The notes: generated by a model from the letters alone, not told the origin. A DNA stretch of 64,000 nucleotides from the human T2T-CHM13v2.0 reference genome, Homo sapiens (GCF_009914755.1 NC_060935.1), one strand, 5' to 3'; positions 1 through 19,479 are shown, counted from the stretch's first letter. Made by a program: numbers and translations.

Positions 1-1845
1 TCCATTCCTTGAAGACAGCCTTAGAGACTGCCCCCACCTTAGATCTCCCTGACTCATCCCAACCCTTTTCATTACACACAGCAGAAGTGCAGGGCTGTGC
101 AGTCAGAATTCTTACACAAAGACCAGGACCGCACCCTGTAGCCTTTTTATCCAAACAATTTGACCTTACTGTTTTGCCTAGCCCTCAAGTCTGTGTGTGG
201 CGGCTGCCACTTCCCTAATACTTTTAGAGGCCCTTAAAATCACAAACTATGCTCAACTCACTCCCTACAGTTCTCATAACTTCCAGAATCTATTTTCTTC
301 CTCACACCTGACACATATACTTTCTGCTTCCTGGCTCCTTCAGCTGTACTCACTCTTTGTTAAGTCTCCCACAATTACCATTGTTCCTGGCCCAGACTTC
401 AATCAGGCCTCCCACATTATCCCTGATACCACACCTGACCCCCATGACTGTAACTCTCTGGTCCACCTGACATTCACTCCATTTCCCCATATTCTTTCAT
501 GTTCCTCACGCTGAACACACTTAGTTTATTGATGGCAGTTCCACCAGGCCTAATCGCCACACACCAGCAAAGGCAGGCTATGCTACAGTACAAGCCACTA
601 GCCCGCCTCTTAAAACCTCTCATTTCCTTTCCATCGTGGAAATCTATCCTCAAGGAAATAACTTCTCTGTGTTCCATATGCTATTCTACTACTTCTCAAG
701 GATTATTCAGGCCCCTTCCCTTCCCTACACATCAAGCTCGAGGATTTGCCCCCACCCAGGACTGGCAAATTAGCTTTACTCAACATGCCCTGAGTCAGAT
801 AACTAACATACCTCTTAGTCTAGGTAGACACTTTCACTGGATAGGTAGAGGCCTTTCCTACAGGATGGGAGAAGGCCACTGCAGTCATTTCTTCCCTTCT
901 GTCAGACATAATTCCTCAGTTTAGCCTTCCAACCTCTATACAGTCTGATAACAGACCAGCCTTTATTAGTCAAATCAGCCAAGCAGTTTTTCAGGCTCTT
1001 GGTATTCAGTGAAACCTTTATATCCCTTACGGTCCTCAGTCTTCAGGAAAGGTAGAATGGACTAAAGGTCTTTTAAAAACACACCTCACCAAGCTCAGCC
1101 ACCAATTTAAAAAGGACTGGACAATACTTTCACCACTTTCCCTTCTCAGAATTCAGGCCTGTCCTCGGAATGCTACAGGGTACAGTCCATTTGAGCTCCT
1201 GTTTGGATGCTCCTTTTTATTAGGCCCCAGTCTCATTCCAGACACCAGACCAACTTGTACTGTGCCCCAAAAAACTTGTCATCCCTACTATCTTCTGTCT
1301 AGTCATACTCCTATTCACCGTTCTCAACTACTCAGACATGCCATGCTCTTGTTTACACTGCCTGTTTACACTGTTTCTCTAAGCCATCACAGCTGATACC
1401 TCCTGGTGCTATCCCCAAACTGCCACTCTTAACTCTTGAAGTAAATAAATAATCTTTGTTGGCAAGACTATGCTGAATCTCCTTAGGCACTCTCTAATTA
1501 GATGTCCTGGGTCCTCCCAATTCTTAGACCTTTAATACCTGTTTTTCTCCTTCTCTTATTCCGTTTAGTTTTTCAATTCATACAAAACCGTATCCAGGCC
1601 ATCACCAATAATTCTAAATGACAAATCTTTCTTCTAACAGTCCCACAATATCACCCCTTACCACAAAATCTTCCTTCAACTTAATCTCTCCCACTCTAGG
1701 TTCCCACGCCACCCCTAATCCTGCTTGAAGCAGCCCTGAGAAACATCGCCCATTATCTCTCCATACCATCCCCAAAATTTTTCACCATCCCAACACTTTA
1801 CCACTATTTCATTTTATTTTTCTTATTAATATAAGAAGACAGGAA
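1..1845 (+). mobile_element. HERV-H internal region (3' part): decayed pol (tether/RNase H/integrase) and short env remnant; continues beyond window start
   Basis: Broken frames give retroviral pol motifs (TAPTLDLPD, HPVAFLSKQ, FIDGSS, DWQISFT, VDTFTG, IQSDN, PQSSGKVE) with stops and frameshifts. Polypurine tract AAGAAGACAGGAA at 1833-1845 abuts an LTR7. Compact layout fits the common deleted HERV-H form. Confidence 0.95.
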
Positions 1846-2243
1846 TGTCAGGCCTCTGAGCCCAAGCTAAGCTATATCCCCTGTGACCTGCACGTACACA
1901 TCCAGATGGCCAGTTCCTGCCTTAACTGATGACATTCTACCATAAAAGAAATGAAAATGACCTGTTCCTGCCTTAACTGATGACATTATCTTATGAAATT
2001 CCTTCTCCTGGCTCAAAAGCTCCCCTACTGAGCACGTTGTGACCCCCACTCCTGCCCGCCAGAGAACAACCCCCTTTGACTGTAATTTTCCTTTACCTAC
2101 CCAAATCTTATAAAACAGCCCCACCCCTATCTCCCTTCACTGACTGTCTTTTCGGACTCAGCCCACCTGCACCCAGGTGATTAAAAGCTTTATTGCTCAC
2201 ACAAAGCCTGTTTGGTGGTCTCTTCACACGGACGTGCATGAAA
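1846..2243 (+). mobile_element. LTR7, 3' LTR of the HERV-H provirus
   Basis: Starts TGTCAGGCCTCTGAGCCCAAGCTAAGC and ends CACACGGACGTGCATGAAA. Two copies of GTTCCTGCCTTAACTGATGACATT, TATAAAA at 2109-2115, ATTAAA at 2180-2185. Confidence 0.95.
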
Positions 2244-2829
2244 CTTGCTATGGGCCAGGTACCATACAAGTAAATGCAAAATATACAACATACATTTAAA
2301 AAAAAGTGCTGATATGTTGAAAGTAAAAGTATAAAAAGATATATTAACCAAAATGTCCACTGAGGAAAATACTAATAAAAATAACATTTTGGTGGGGATA
2401 ATATAACAAGTCCCTCTTGTTCCAATCACTAACCAAAAGTCCTCCTGAAATCTGAAGTTCTATAATAATCAGTAAGAGGAAGAACACCAAACATAAAATC
2501 AGAAAATATAGGGATGTTATGTCTCTGCCTACTAGCTGTATAACTTTAGAAAAGTTGCTTAAATCTCTGGGTCTCAGTCTTCCCATGATTTGGTTTAAAT
2601 CGTGGAAGAACCATATAGATGTAACACCATGCTGTTTTCACAGTTAGTTCTCTTTCCGTGTTCTGTCGTGTTAATAAACGTGTGCAGAAGCTGCAAACAT
2701 TACATATGATTAAAAGCACTATGTAGATGCAAAATATTATAAGGAGAATGTAGCTAATATTTATGGAATGATTACTGTGTCTCAGAAAATATGTAGTGTT
2801 TAAAATACATTTATTTGTCATGGTGATAG

Positions 2830-2997
2830 TGATCCTACAAGGGAGGTCCTATCACCATTCTCACTTAACAAGCAAACGACCTAAAGCATGGAGAAGTTAA
2901 GCAACGCTCCTAAGCTCACACAGTTGGTAAATGGCAGAACTAAAATTTGAACCAAAGCAATTTGATTCTAGAGCCCACGTTCTTAATCACGACACTA
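2830..2997 (-). mobile_element. MIR fragment
   Basis: Reverse-complement MIR core (gaagttaagcaacgctcctaagctcacacagttggtaaatggcagaactaaaatttgaacc). Boundaries approximate. Confidence 0.65.
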
Positions 2998-3199
2998 TAA
3001 GAAATGCATTTCATAATCAGAAACTCTTCCTGATATATGAATCAGGAAACTATTTCCAATGAGTAGTTCCAGCTTTGCCATTTTCTCTTGATCTCCTTGG
3101 AGTAACTTCCTTCCCAAACCAATCATCCTGCTGTTTGGTTACTTCATGACTTACAGTTTTTACGACCATCCTCTTCCCCAAGACTTGACACCACAAATG

Positions 3200-4885
<1,686 letters not shown>

Positions 4886-7800
4886 GTGAAATAGCAAAGA
4901 GAAGCATTTGGGTACAGCTCCTAAAGCAGGAAACACTGTGCCTGGCAACCAGGTTTCCACATCATCCACAGTTGCTAGTATAGCACAATGCAGAGCTATT
5001 TACTCTCCCCTAAAATATAAACTCTCTCCAAAGCTGTGTTTGTGCAAAGACTGCAATGAAAGAAGCACTTGTTTAAATAGAAAGGTCTCTGGCAATTAAC
5101 AAACATGGGACAAATCCAAGATCCACTAACTTTTCAGGGGCTTTGTGTTTGCAGTTAGATGTATAGAAATGCTTACGAAGAATGAGATTCCCTCTTCACA
5201 GAAAAGAAAACATGTGATTTAAATAGCAATGCCTCTCGTCATCAAGGATGCAATCTAGAAAGTCCGGGTTTGGACTTCTCTGAAAAAGTAATCCTCAGGG
5301 ATTGGGTCAAGAATGGGGCAGGGATCCTCTGGATTTCCATTTACTCTAAAGGAAGGCTTCCCCCTGACCCCCCAGATAGAGCAAGGGACAAAGATCCCAG
5401 CTTGCAGGCAAGCTATTTCAAGATCTAATACGGCTCTTAGTAGCATGGCAGAGGGGCAGGACATACGTGGCATAAAAAACACAGGCTGCCTTTGGGGTCT
5501 GTGTGCCTGTGTTCATGCATGTGGCTACATGCATGGAAATACACATGCCCCGGCCTTTTCCCCTGTTGAGAATCTCTCCTGGGTGAAAGAGAAGGGGCCT
5601 ATGGCCTTGACACCCCCACCTCACTGCAACGTGCAGGGCAAGACATCCCTTCCTCTTTACTGCCGTGGCCCCAGCTTCACTCTGCAAAGTCAGGGAGGGA
5701 GACTGGGGGATTTTCAAGGATGATTTCAATTCTAACTCTCTATGACCCTTCTGAAAATTAGTTATTTTAATGTTCTGCCTTTATGCTGAAGAGAACAAAG
5801 GGGAAAACACCAGATAGGTATTAAAATTAAAATAAGTCTTTGGAATGAGAGGACTTGGATTTGTACCCTGTCTTTTACACATTACACATTACACAAAAGC
5901 TGAGTGAATTTTGGAGAATTTCTTAACTTCCCTGAGTCCCCAGTCTTAAAGTAAAACTAAACTTACCTTCTTCAAAGGGTTTTTGTGAAGATCAGGTTGT
6001 AGCTTAAGGGCAACGTTGTATTCATCTCTAACTACCGTGCTGGAATAACTGAGAGGCTGAATAAAAGAAGTCTTTATCATCAAACACATCTTTATTTTGG
6101 CAGAGATAAATAAGAGCAACAGATCAAGGCAGAAATGTCCCTAAATGACAGTCAGGCACCCACCCCTGCCAGTGATGCCCAGAGACCTCCACCCATTTCA
6201 GACACGTCTCTCAGTGGGGTGTCCTCCCAGCTCAGCAGAGCAGTGTGACTTTGCATCTGGGCCCTTTCAATCGGCCTTTCTTATGAAATAAGCCCACCCT
6301 CCAGGTCAACCCTTGACCGCCCCCCCCCACCCCCACCGGGGAAGTGGAGAGTGACACGGGAGAATTAACAGGAGACAGGTAACATCTGTAAGAGGTGGGT
6401 GCGGGGCGGCCAGGGACAGGCAGGAGGCATCGATTGCCTGGCCAGACGGCAAAGCCACGTTTGTTCTCATTGCAGCTCTCCAAGAGCCAGCGACCTGCCA
6501 GGCACCAGCTTTATTTGTAGGTGAGGGTCATTAATTTGAATTAATAGTACCGCACTGGTCGGCGCTTCGTTTTGCTTTGTTTCCCTCCTGTGGACGCCAC
6601 AGACTTCTTTGTTGCCTGGTTCTGTGAGTGGGAAGACACTGTGAACAAGCATCCAATTAGCCAGAAAAACAAAATCTGCCTGGATTCCCGCTTCAGCCAG
6701 AGGCCTCTCCCTCAAAAGCCTGGAGACCACACTCCACACACAGGCTGCTTCTGTTTAATTTGCCCCTCCTGGCAGCATTCCCACTCTTCCCTGCCCTTCT
6801 AACCCATATAGTCATCATCCCTACCCCAGGGACATTATTATCTCCCAGTTACCCCCACCTGCTGTGCCCCCCGCTCAGGCTACCGTGGAAATAATACCCA
6901 TCCCATAGGGACAGAGTGAGGATCAAAGATAATGTATGCCGAGGCTTAGTGTCTGGCCGACGTAGACCTCGATAATTGTGAGGCCGTCCCTCAGGAAGGG
7001 GCGTGGTGTGTCTCATTGCCCCTGCCCTCTGGAACTGTAAATGGGTTTAGGTGCATACAGCAGACCAGAGTAACAGAAGACAAGACGCCCCCAGAATCTC
7101 AGCCAGAGTGGCCCCCAGCGCCTTACAGAGCCAGAAACAGCCCCTGGAAGCTGAGGGAGTCTCCAAGCTCCATCGGAACAATCACCAAGTGTGCGTGGTC
7201 ACTTTGCCCACCCCACCTCCTCTGTGCCTCCAACAGTGGCCCTGCCACCTGCACCTGCTTTTCCTGCCTGATATTTATAAACAAGCCATCTCCTTCACCA
7301 GCTAAGAAACAGAGAAAGCTCAGAGAGCTGGTCTACAGCAGGCTGCCCTCAGCCACAGCAGCCCCACAAGAGAACCCTTTCAACACTGGGCACGTCTGTG
7401 TTCAAACACTAGGCCACCGCGAGGAGGTATGGGCTTTCAGATACAACCAGGCTTGCAAGAAATTAGAGTGCCACCTTCAGTGATTAGTGAGGTGAGTTTT
7501 AGACACCACACTTCCTGCTCCAGAGAAAAATCATCCAAATGGCTTGCTGTGGTTGAACTACATGAAGGCCCAAAGGCAGTTCCTGGCCAGCTTTTGTGTC
7601 TGGTGGGCGAAGGGCTTTTCACCAGGGCAAATAGCTAAAGGAGGACAAGGCTCTCGGATGGCCTCTTCTCAAGACTCTTGGCTCCAAGGAACTGCAGCCT
7701 TCTAAAATGACAAGCACTTTTTGTCACCTTGATGAAGTATGGAAAGGTCTCAAGCATCTGCAGTAGAAAGGGCCACCACAGGGATCCTGAAACATCAGTA

Positions 7801-9149
7801 TTTCAAACATGTCCTTATACAATCATCTCTCAATGCCAATGCATCTGCTGCTGTATCTGAAAGGGGTTGCCAACCTGTGAAAGCCCATTATGACTCACTG
7901 CAAATCCAGATTCTCTCCCTCACCCACCACCTTCCCCTTCCCTTCCCTCCCCACCAGCCCCACCAAACTGCAAAAAGACCAAGAATGGTGGCTCTAGAGC
8001 CAACTGGAAGGAAATCACTTGTAGCAGGTGGCACCACCTGTCCTCATCTAGTTCTAGCCAAAACAATCCACTCTCCATCATTCCCAACTGTAGGAAAAGT
8101 TTAACTGGTTCAGCATGAGCTGGCCTCATCCAGGCAAGCAGAGAGGAAGAGGAATGGCTCTGGTTCCTGCCGTGAGCCAGTTGAGAAATAAGTAATTGGC
8201 AGCATGGTTTGCCATCTCCCACTTCCGCTCCTGGGTTCTAGTGGAGAGTGACCCTGCTCTCAACCTTCTTGGCCTCCAAGATGCCACCTGAACACCTGTG
8301 TGCCTGTTCTGCCCTTGCTCAGGTGTCTGGCTGCAAGATCTTCCACCTGCTTAGCCGCTTCCCACAGCAGGAGGCTGAAGGAACCACACACTCAAATAAT
8401 GCACCTCTATGCTGGACTGCCCAATCCCCCTTCTTCCTGAAAAATCATCACTTTCTATCTTCACTAAAATGTCCCTAAACTTCTAACCCAGGTAAAATCT
8501 TCTGAACCAAAATCTCTCCCGCCGCCCGCCACTCCCGATTTAATTTCCTTCTTTACATCACTGGTTGCATAGCTCACTGAATCACAGTGCTTCCCATGTA
8601 ATGAGCCTCCAGTATTTCAGACTTTCCAGGACACCCACCAGGTCACTTATCAGCACTAATTTGCCTCCTGCTCCAGATTCTATTTCTCACTAGTCCCTGT
8701 GGAACCCTCCGCTCTTAAACTAAGAAAGTTAAATGCTTTCTTTCTGTGGAAGAAGGAAACTTAGAGTAGTCATGCAAGCTAAATAACTAGAGTCAGTGTA
8801 ACTATATCAAGATGACCCTGAAATGGTAGGGGTCTAATGGTAGGAGAATTGTCTCTATTATTATGGAAAATCTGGAAGTCCAAACACTGCACTTTTCTCC
8901 CAAACCCCAAACGAATATGGCTCCCTTGGGTCCATGCATGGGACACATTAGGCTGTATCCTCTAAACATTCTGGGCACACCTTCTCATTCTCCAGAGAGG
9001 ATCAATAACAGCATTAAGTTCCTTCCATAAGTGCATGCCGATCACGTCCTTGAAGTTTGATCTTGGGGTCTGCCATGTAGATGTGTGTCTTTTAACACTG
9101 TTATGCTACTGAGAAGTCTTAACAGTGTTGTCTGTCACTCAAGTGACAA

Positions 9150-9385
9150 GAAAGAGTGTCATGAGCTATATTTGGCATTGACTTGGCCCTTATTAGAGTG
9201 TTATGTGCAGTCTGGGGATTCTAATTTTCCAAAAGGTACAGAGAAATTGGAGGGGGTCCAAGACAGAGCAGTGAAAATGATTAAAGGGGTGGAGAGTGAA
9301 AACTCAGGAAAAAGGTTAAATGAATGCAGGTGATTTATCAAAGGCAGAGAAAAATGAGGGTAGACCACATATCTTTAAATAAAGG
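9150..9385 (+). mobile_element. L3/CR1 LINE fragment (ORF2 C-terminal region)
   Basis: ORF 9085-9333 contains LYLALTWPLLECYVQSG...KLEGVQDRAVKMIKGVE...RL, matching the recalled CR1/L3 motif LYxALVRPHLEYCVQFW...LERVQRRATKMIxGLE...RL. Confidence 0.8.
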
Positions 9386-10128
9386 AGACATCATTTTAAG
9401 GACCCACAGCCATTGCTTTTTGATATAGGGCTACATCAGAGAAAGATGGTCTTGATGGTGTTTGAGTATTAAACAGGTCAGTCTGTACATGTGTTCATTA
9501 ACTTTCTAAATCATTGAAATCAGATAATGAACTAATGAGAATGATTTTTCTGGGTAAACTCAAGAAAAAAACCCCTCCATCCTTATAAACTTATTTAATT
9601 TTCATAATAATTCCAACATAAAAAAATGGAGTATCTCAGAAGCCGATAGCCTAAGATCACCTAGTAGTTAACCTGGATTCAGAACTTGTGATGGCAATCC
9701 TGGAGTCTCTGATTTCCACCACGGCTGCCTCAGCCAGGATGCCCATTCTCAAATGCTCAGGTTGATTTCATCTGGAAGAGAGGGCCACATGACCATCTGA
9801 GGGTAGGGTGATCATCACTCTTTCATTTAAGCCATGAATCACAATTTCCTCCAGATTATTTTTCCTTGTACCCCAAAAAATAAATAGACCTAAGTTTTTC
9901 AACTCTTAGGATTTTTATCTGATGGTTGGGTAAATGGAGAAGCTACGAAAGGAGCCAGAAGATAGCTCCAGAGAAGTTTACAGGTGAAAGGGTGAGAGCA
10001 GCTTTGGACATACTGAGTTCAGGGCTCTGCGACCTCAGTGTCCAGGTGGAGAGGCTCATCAGAAAGCCAGGCACAGTGGTCCGAAATGGGTGAATGCCTG
10101 CACTCAAGCTTTAAATTTGAATATCAGT

Positions 10129-10132
<4 letters not shown>

Positions 10133-10178
<46 letters not shown>
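10133..10178. repeat. (AT)23 microsatellite
   Basis: Pure AT dinucleotide run. Confidence 0.97.
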
Positions 10179-10183
<5 letters not shown>

Positions 10184-10348
10184 TTGACACCCAAGAATGG
10201 GGGCCTCGTCAGGGAATATGGGTAGCACAAGAATGCAGGGGAAAGACCAGAACCCCAGCAGAACAGCCCTTGAAGAAGGCAAAAGAGGGAACGTTCATTG
10301 AAGGAGGGAAATGTACAACAGGGATAGTTTATAGAAATAAAAGGTACA

Positions 10349-11247
10349 GGGAGGAGCCAAGATGGCCGAATAGGAACACCTCCGGTCTACAGCTCCCAGC
10401 GTGAGCGATGCAGAAGACGGGTGATTTCTGCATTTCCATCTGAGGTACCGGGTTCATCTCACTAGGGAGTGCCAGACAGTGGGAGCAGGTCAGTGGGTGC
10501 GCGCACCGTGCGCGAGCCGAAGCAGGGCGAGGCATTGCCTCACTTGGGAAGTACAAGGGGTCAGGGAGTTCCCTTTCCGAGTCAAAGAAAGGGGTGATGG
10601 ACGCACCTGGAAAATTGGGTCACTCCCACCCGAATACTGCGCTTTTCCGACGGGCTTAAAAAACGGCGCACCACGAGATTATATCCCGCACCTGGCTCGG
10701 AGGGTCCTACGCCCACGGAGTCTCGCTGATTGCTAGCACAGCAGTCTGAGATCAAACTGCAAGGTGGCAGCGAGGCTGGGGGAGGGGCGCCCGTCATTGC
10801 CCAGGCTTGCTTAGGTAAACAAAGCAGCCGGGAAGCTGGAACTGGGTGGAGCCCACCACAGCTCAAGGAGGCCTGCCTGCCTCTGTAGGCTCCACCTCTG
10901 GGGGCAGGGCACAGACAAACAAAAAGATAGCAGTAACCTCTGCAGACTTAAATGTCCCTGTCTGACAGCTTTGAAGAGAGCAGTGGTTCTCCCAGCACGC
11001 AGCTGGAGATCTGAGAACGGGCAGACTGCCTCCTCAAGTGGGTTCCTGACCCCTGACCCCAAGCAGCCTAACTGGGAGGCACCCCCCAGCAGGGGCACAC
11101 TGACACCTCACACGGCAGGGTACTCCAACAGACCTGCAGCTGAGGGTCCTCTCTGTTAGAAGGAAAACAAACAGAAAGGACATCCACACCAAAAACCCAT
11201 CTGTACATCACCATCATCAAAGACCAAAAGTAGACAAAACCACAAAG
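10349..11247 (+). promoter_or_regulatory. L1 5'UTR with internal sense promoter and antisense promoter
   Basis: YY1 motif CAAGATGGCC at 10358-10367 and a CpG-rich first ~450 bp. Promoter activity is family knowledge, not shown for this copy. Confidence 0.75.
10582..10797 (-). CDS. L1 ORF0 (antisense, 71 aa), frame open
   Basis: MTGAPPPASLPPCSLISDCCASNQRDSVGVGPSEPG...RCVHHPFL*; ATG is the complement of CAT at 10795-10797; 216 nt; matches recalled primate ORF0. Expression unknown. Confidence 0.7.
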   Translation of the reverse strand: MTGAPPPASLPPCSLISDCCASNQRDSVGVGPSEPGAGYNLVVRRFLSPSEKRSIRVGVTQFSRCVHHPFL

Positions 11248-12264
11248 ATGGGGAAAAAACAGAACAGAAAAACTGGAAACTCTAAAAAGCAGAGCACCTC
11301 TCCTCCTCCAAAGGAACGCAGTTCCTCACCAGCAACGGAACAAAGCTGGATGGAGAATGACTTTGACGAGCTGAGAGAAGAAGGCCTCAGACGATCAAAT
11401 TACTCTGAGCTACGGGAGGGCATTCAAACCAAAGGCAAAGAAGTTGAAAACTTTGAAAACAATTTAGAAGAATGTATAACTAGAATAACCAATACAGAGA
11501 AGTGCTCAAAGGAGCTGATGGAGCTGAAAACCAAGGCTCGAGAACTACGTGAAGAATGCTGAAGCCTCAGGAGCCGATGCGATCAACTGGAAGAAAGGGT
11601 ATCAGCAATGGAAGATGAAATGAATGAAATGAAGCGAGAAGGGAAGTTTAGAGAAAAAAGAATAAAAAGAAATGAGCAAAGCCTCCAAGAAATATGGGAC
11701 TATGTGAAAAGACCAAATCTACGTCTGATTGGTGTACCTGAAAGTGATGGGGAGAATGGAACCAAGTTGGAAAACACTCTGCAGGATATTATCCAGGAGA
11801 ACTTCCCCAATCTAGCAAGGCAGGCCAACGTTCAGATTCAGGAAATACAGAGAATGCCACAAAGATACTCCTCGAGAAGAGCAACTCCAAGACACATAAT
11901 TGTCAGATTCACCAAAGTTGAAATGAAGGAAAAAATGTTAAGGGCAGCCAGAGAGAAAGGTCAGGTTACCCTCAAAGGGAAGCCCATCAGACTAACAGCG
12001 GTTCTCTCGGTAGAAACCCTACAAGCCAGAAGAGAGTGGGGGCCAATATTCAACATTCTTAAAGAAAAGAATTTTTAACCCAGAATTTCATATCCAGCCA
12101 AACTAAGCTTCATAAGTGAAGGAGAAATAAAATACTTTACAGACAAGCAAATGCTGAGAGATTTTGTCACCACCAGGCCTGCCCTAAAAGAGCTCCTGAA
12201 GGAAGCACTAAACATGGAAAGGAACAACCGGTATCAACCGCTGCAAAATCATGCCAAAATGTAA
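11248..12264 (+). pseudogene. L1 ORF1 (338-codon span), disrupted
   Basis: MGKKQNRKTGNSK start; in-frame stops at codon 105 (TGA 11560-11562) and codon 277 (TAA 12076-12078); normal stop at 12262-12264. Confidence 0.95.
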
Positions 12265-12300
12265 AGACCATCGAGACTAGGAAGAAACTGCATCAACTAA

Positions 12301-16155
<3,855 letters not shown>

Positions 16156-16392
16156 ACAATGAGATCACATGGACACAGGAAGGGGAATATCACACTCTGG
16201 GGACTGTGGTGGGGTGGGGGGAGGGGGGAGGGATAGCATTGGGAGATATACCTAATGCTAGATGACGAGTTAGTGGGTGCAGCACACCAGCATGGCACAT
16301 GTATACATATGTAACTAACCTGCACAATGTGCACATGTACCCTAAAACTTAAAGTATAATAATAAATAAATAAATAAGAAATAAAAGGTACA

Positions 16393-17220
<828 letters not shown>

Positions 17221-17643
17221 GAATCAGAATAATTTGGCATAATGGAAGTCAAGAGAATAGAGGATCAAGAAAAGAATTATCAGCAACAATGACTAAAAAA
17301 ATAAAGACTAAAACTGTTCATTGGATTTGGCAATAAAAAAATCATTGGTGACTTTACTAGAATAATTTCAACAGATTTGGATCCTTTTAACATTTTGATA
17401 GAATAATTAAGATGCCATTGGTAAAACAAAAAAATGACTAAAAGGTGAGGAAGTAGAGACGTAAAGTTTAGAACACTCTTTTGAAATGTTTAGGTGAGTA
17501 TGAGAGAGAACACTACAAAAGTAACTAGATTCGGATTCAGAATCAACAGAGGCTTGTTTAATTTGTTTATTGTTTTTGAACTGGACAGACTTAGATATCT
17601 AGAGAGGGTAAGGACGTGAGACCATTAGAAAGAAAACAAAACA

Positions 17644-17927
<284 letters not shown>

Positions 17928-19479
17928 AGAAAGGAAACAAAACACCACAATGAGAGAGAACAGTAATTGGCAATGTAGGATATGGAGTCAACACAGAAAG
18001 ATGGGGAAGGGGAGGTGAAGAGTCGCAGACAGAGGGGCTGACCTTGAACAGAAGACACACTTCATTTTCTCGATTAAAAGAAGATAAGTAGGAGTAGATG
18101 TGGCTACATGTCATTTAGGGTGACATACAGGATGTTGTTTATCAGCAAAGGAAGAGGTGAGCTAGTCTTCCAAAATTGAGTGGAGTTGAGGTTGACCAGA
18201 CAATAAGATCTAAGCCCATAGTAATAACTGCTAAAATTATTAATGCTGATTTATAAATATTAACTAATTCAATTCTACGAAAAACTAAGAGCTTCATAAG
18301 GAAGGAGCCCTATGTATTATTACTGCCATTTTCAAAAGTAAGGAGTCCGAGGGACAAAGACGTTAATTAGGTAAACCATCCAGGTCATACAACTAGCAAG
18401 TGAGGCCAGGATTGAAGGAGGCCAGGACTGAAGGAGGCCATGCCCTCCAGTGCTATGGTACACTACATAGGTATGTTAAATTAAGTCCAAATCTTTGCTT
18501 TTTTGCAGGAAGATTTAAGCTTGGGCACAAAATATATGGGTTTATCAAAGCAAGCAGGAGTGCATCGCCAACTATCTCACTGGAGTTCATCAAAGTTCTG
18601 TTGCTTCTGTTCACCGCAGCCTATTGATCTCTGCTGGAGAAGTCACCGCAACCTGGCCCAACATGCCAGCCCTCCATCAGGGGTAATTTATAAGCCTGTA
18701 GAGAGAGGCTGTGAAGCTGATGAACCCAGCTGGCGGGTGGAGCGGGTCCCATGATTGATTCACTCGCCGCTCGTCTGCTCAGCCAGCCATTTCACCCTGT
18801 TCAGGCTATGCTGCCTGGCTCGCCACATTCATCCATCACCCCGTAAATATCATCAACGCCGCAGGCCGCAGCACCATCTTTCGTATGTTGTTTTCTTTTT
18901 ACGTGGGACCCTGGAAGCGCTGGGGCTTATCTCTGCCCCGCCCTGGGATGCCAACCTCCACAGCCATACCTGCGAGAGACCCCTGACAAGAGATGCCGGT
19001 GAACCAGGTGGCAAATGTGAAGCACACATTGAGAATCCAATCTGGGAGGGCTTCCAGGTGAGCCTTCCTAAGCTGGACATGGGGGTGAAGGAGCCTGCAC
19101 CTGCTAACAACCGCAGCACAGGCAAGCACACGTTGTAAACGTCTTCCCCTGGAGTAGGCTTTCAGATAATGCCCTATATATCCCCAAAATATAGTGGCAT
19201 GTCCTTCTGTTTCCCTGCAACAGCCTTTAGTTGTCACTTACAAACAGCTACAAAATGCTGTCAGGGAGCCAGCAGAGGTTTTGTGGGGAGAGAACCACGC
19301 ACATTGTCACAGAATTGTACAGAAAACAAGTAAAAAAGGTGAAAAGGGAGAGTGTGAAGAAAGAGAACTTGATGTTTCATCCATACATCACAGCCAGGCT
19401 GGAGTTTCAGCGTTACGCACTCTTAAAGCCAAAAGTTAATCTTATCTCCTGTGCAACTTCACAAACAAAATATCTCGAC

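Noticed and set aside
9-924. ORFs 9-218, 197-514 and 499-924 as genes
   Set aside because: Frameshifted HERV-H pol remnants.
9094-9129. 10-bp inverted repeat AACACTGTTA/TAACAGTGTT
   Set aside because: Too short to be notable in 64 kb.
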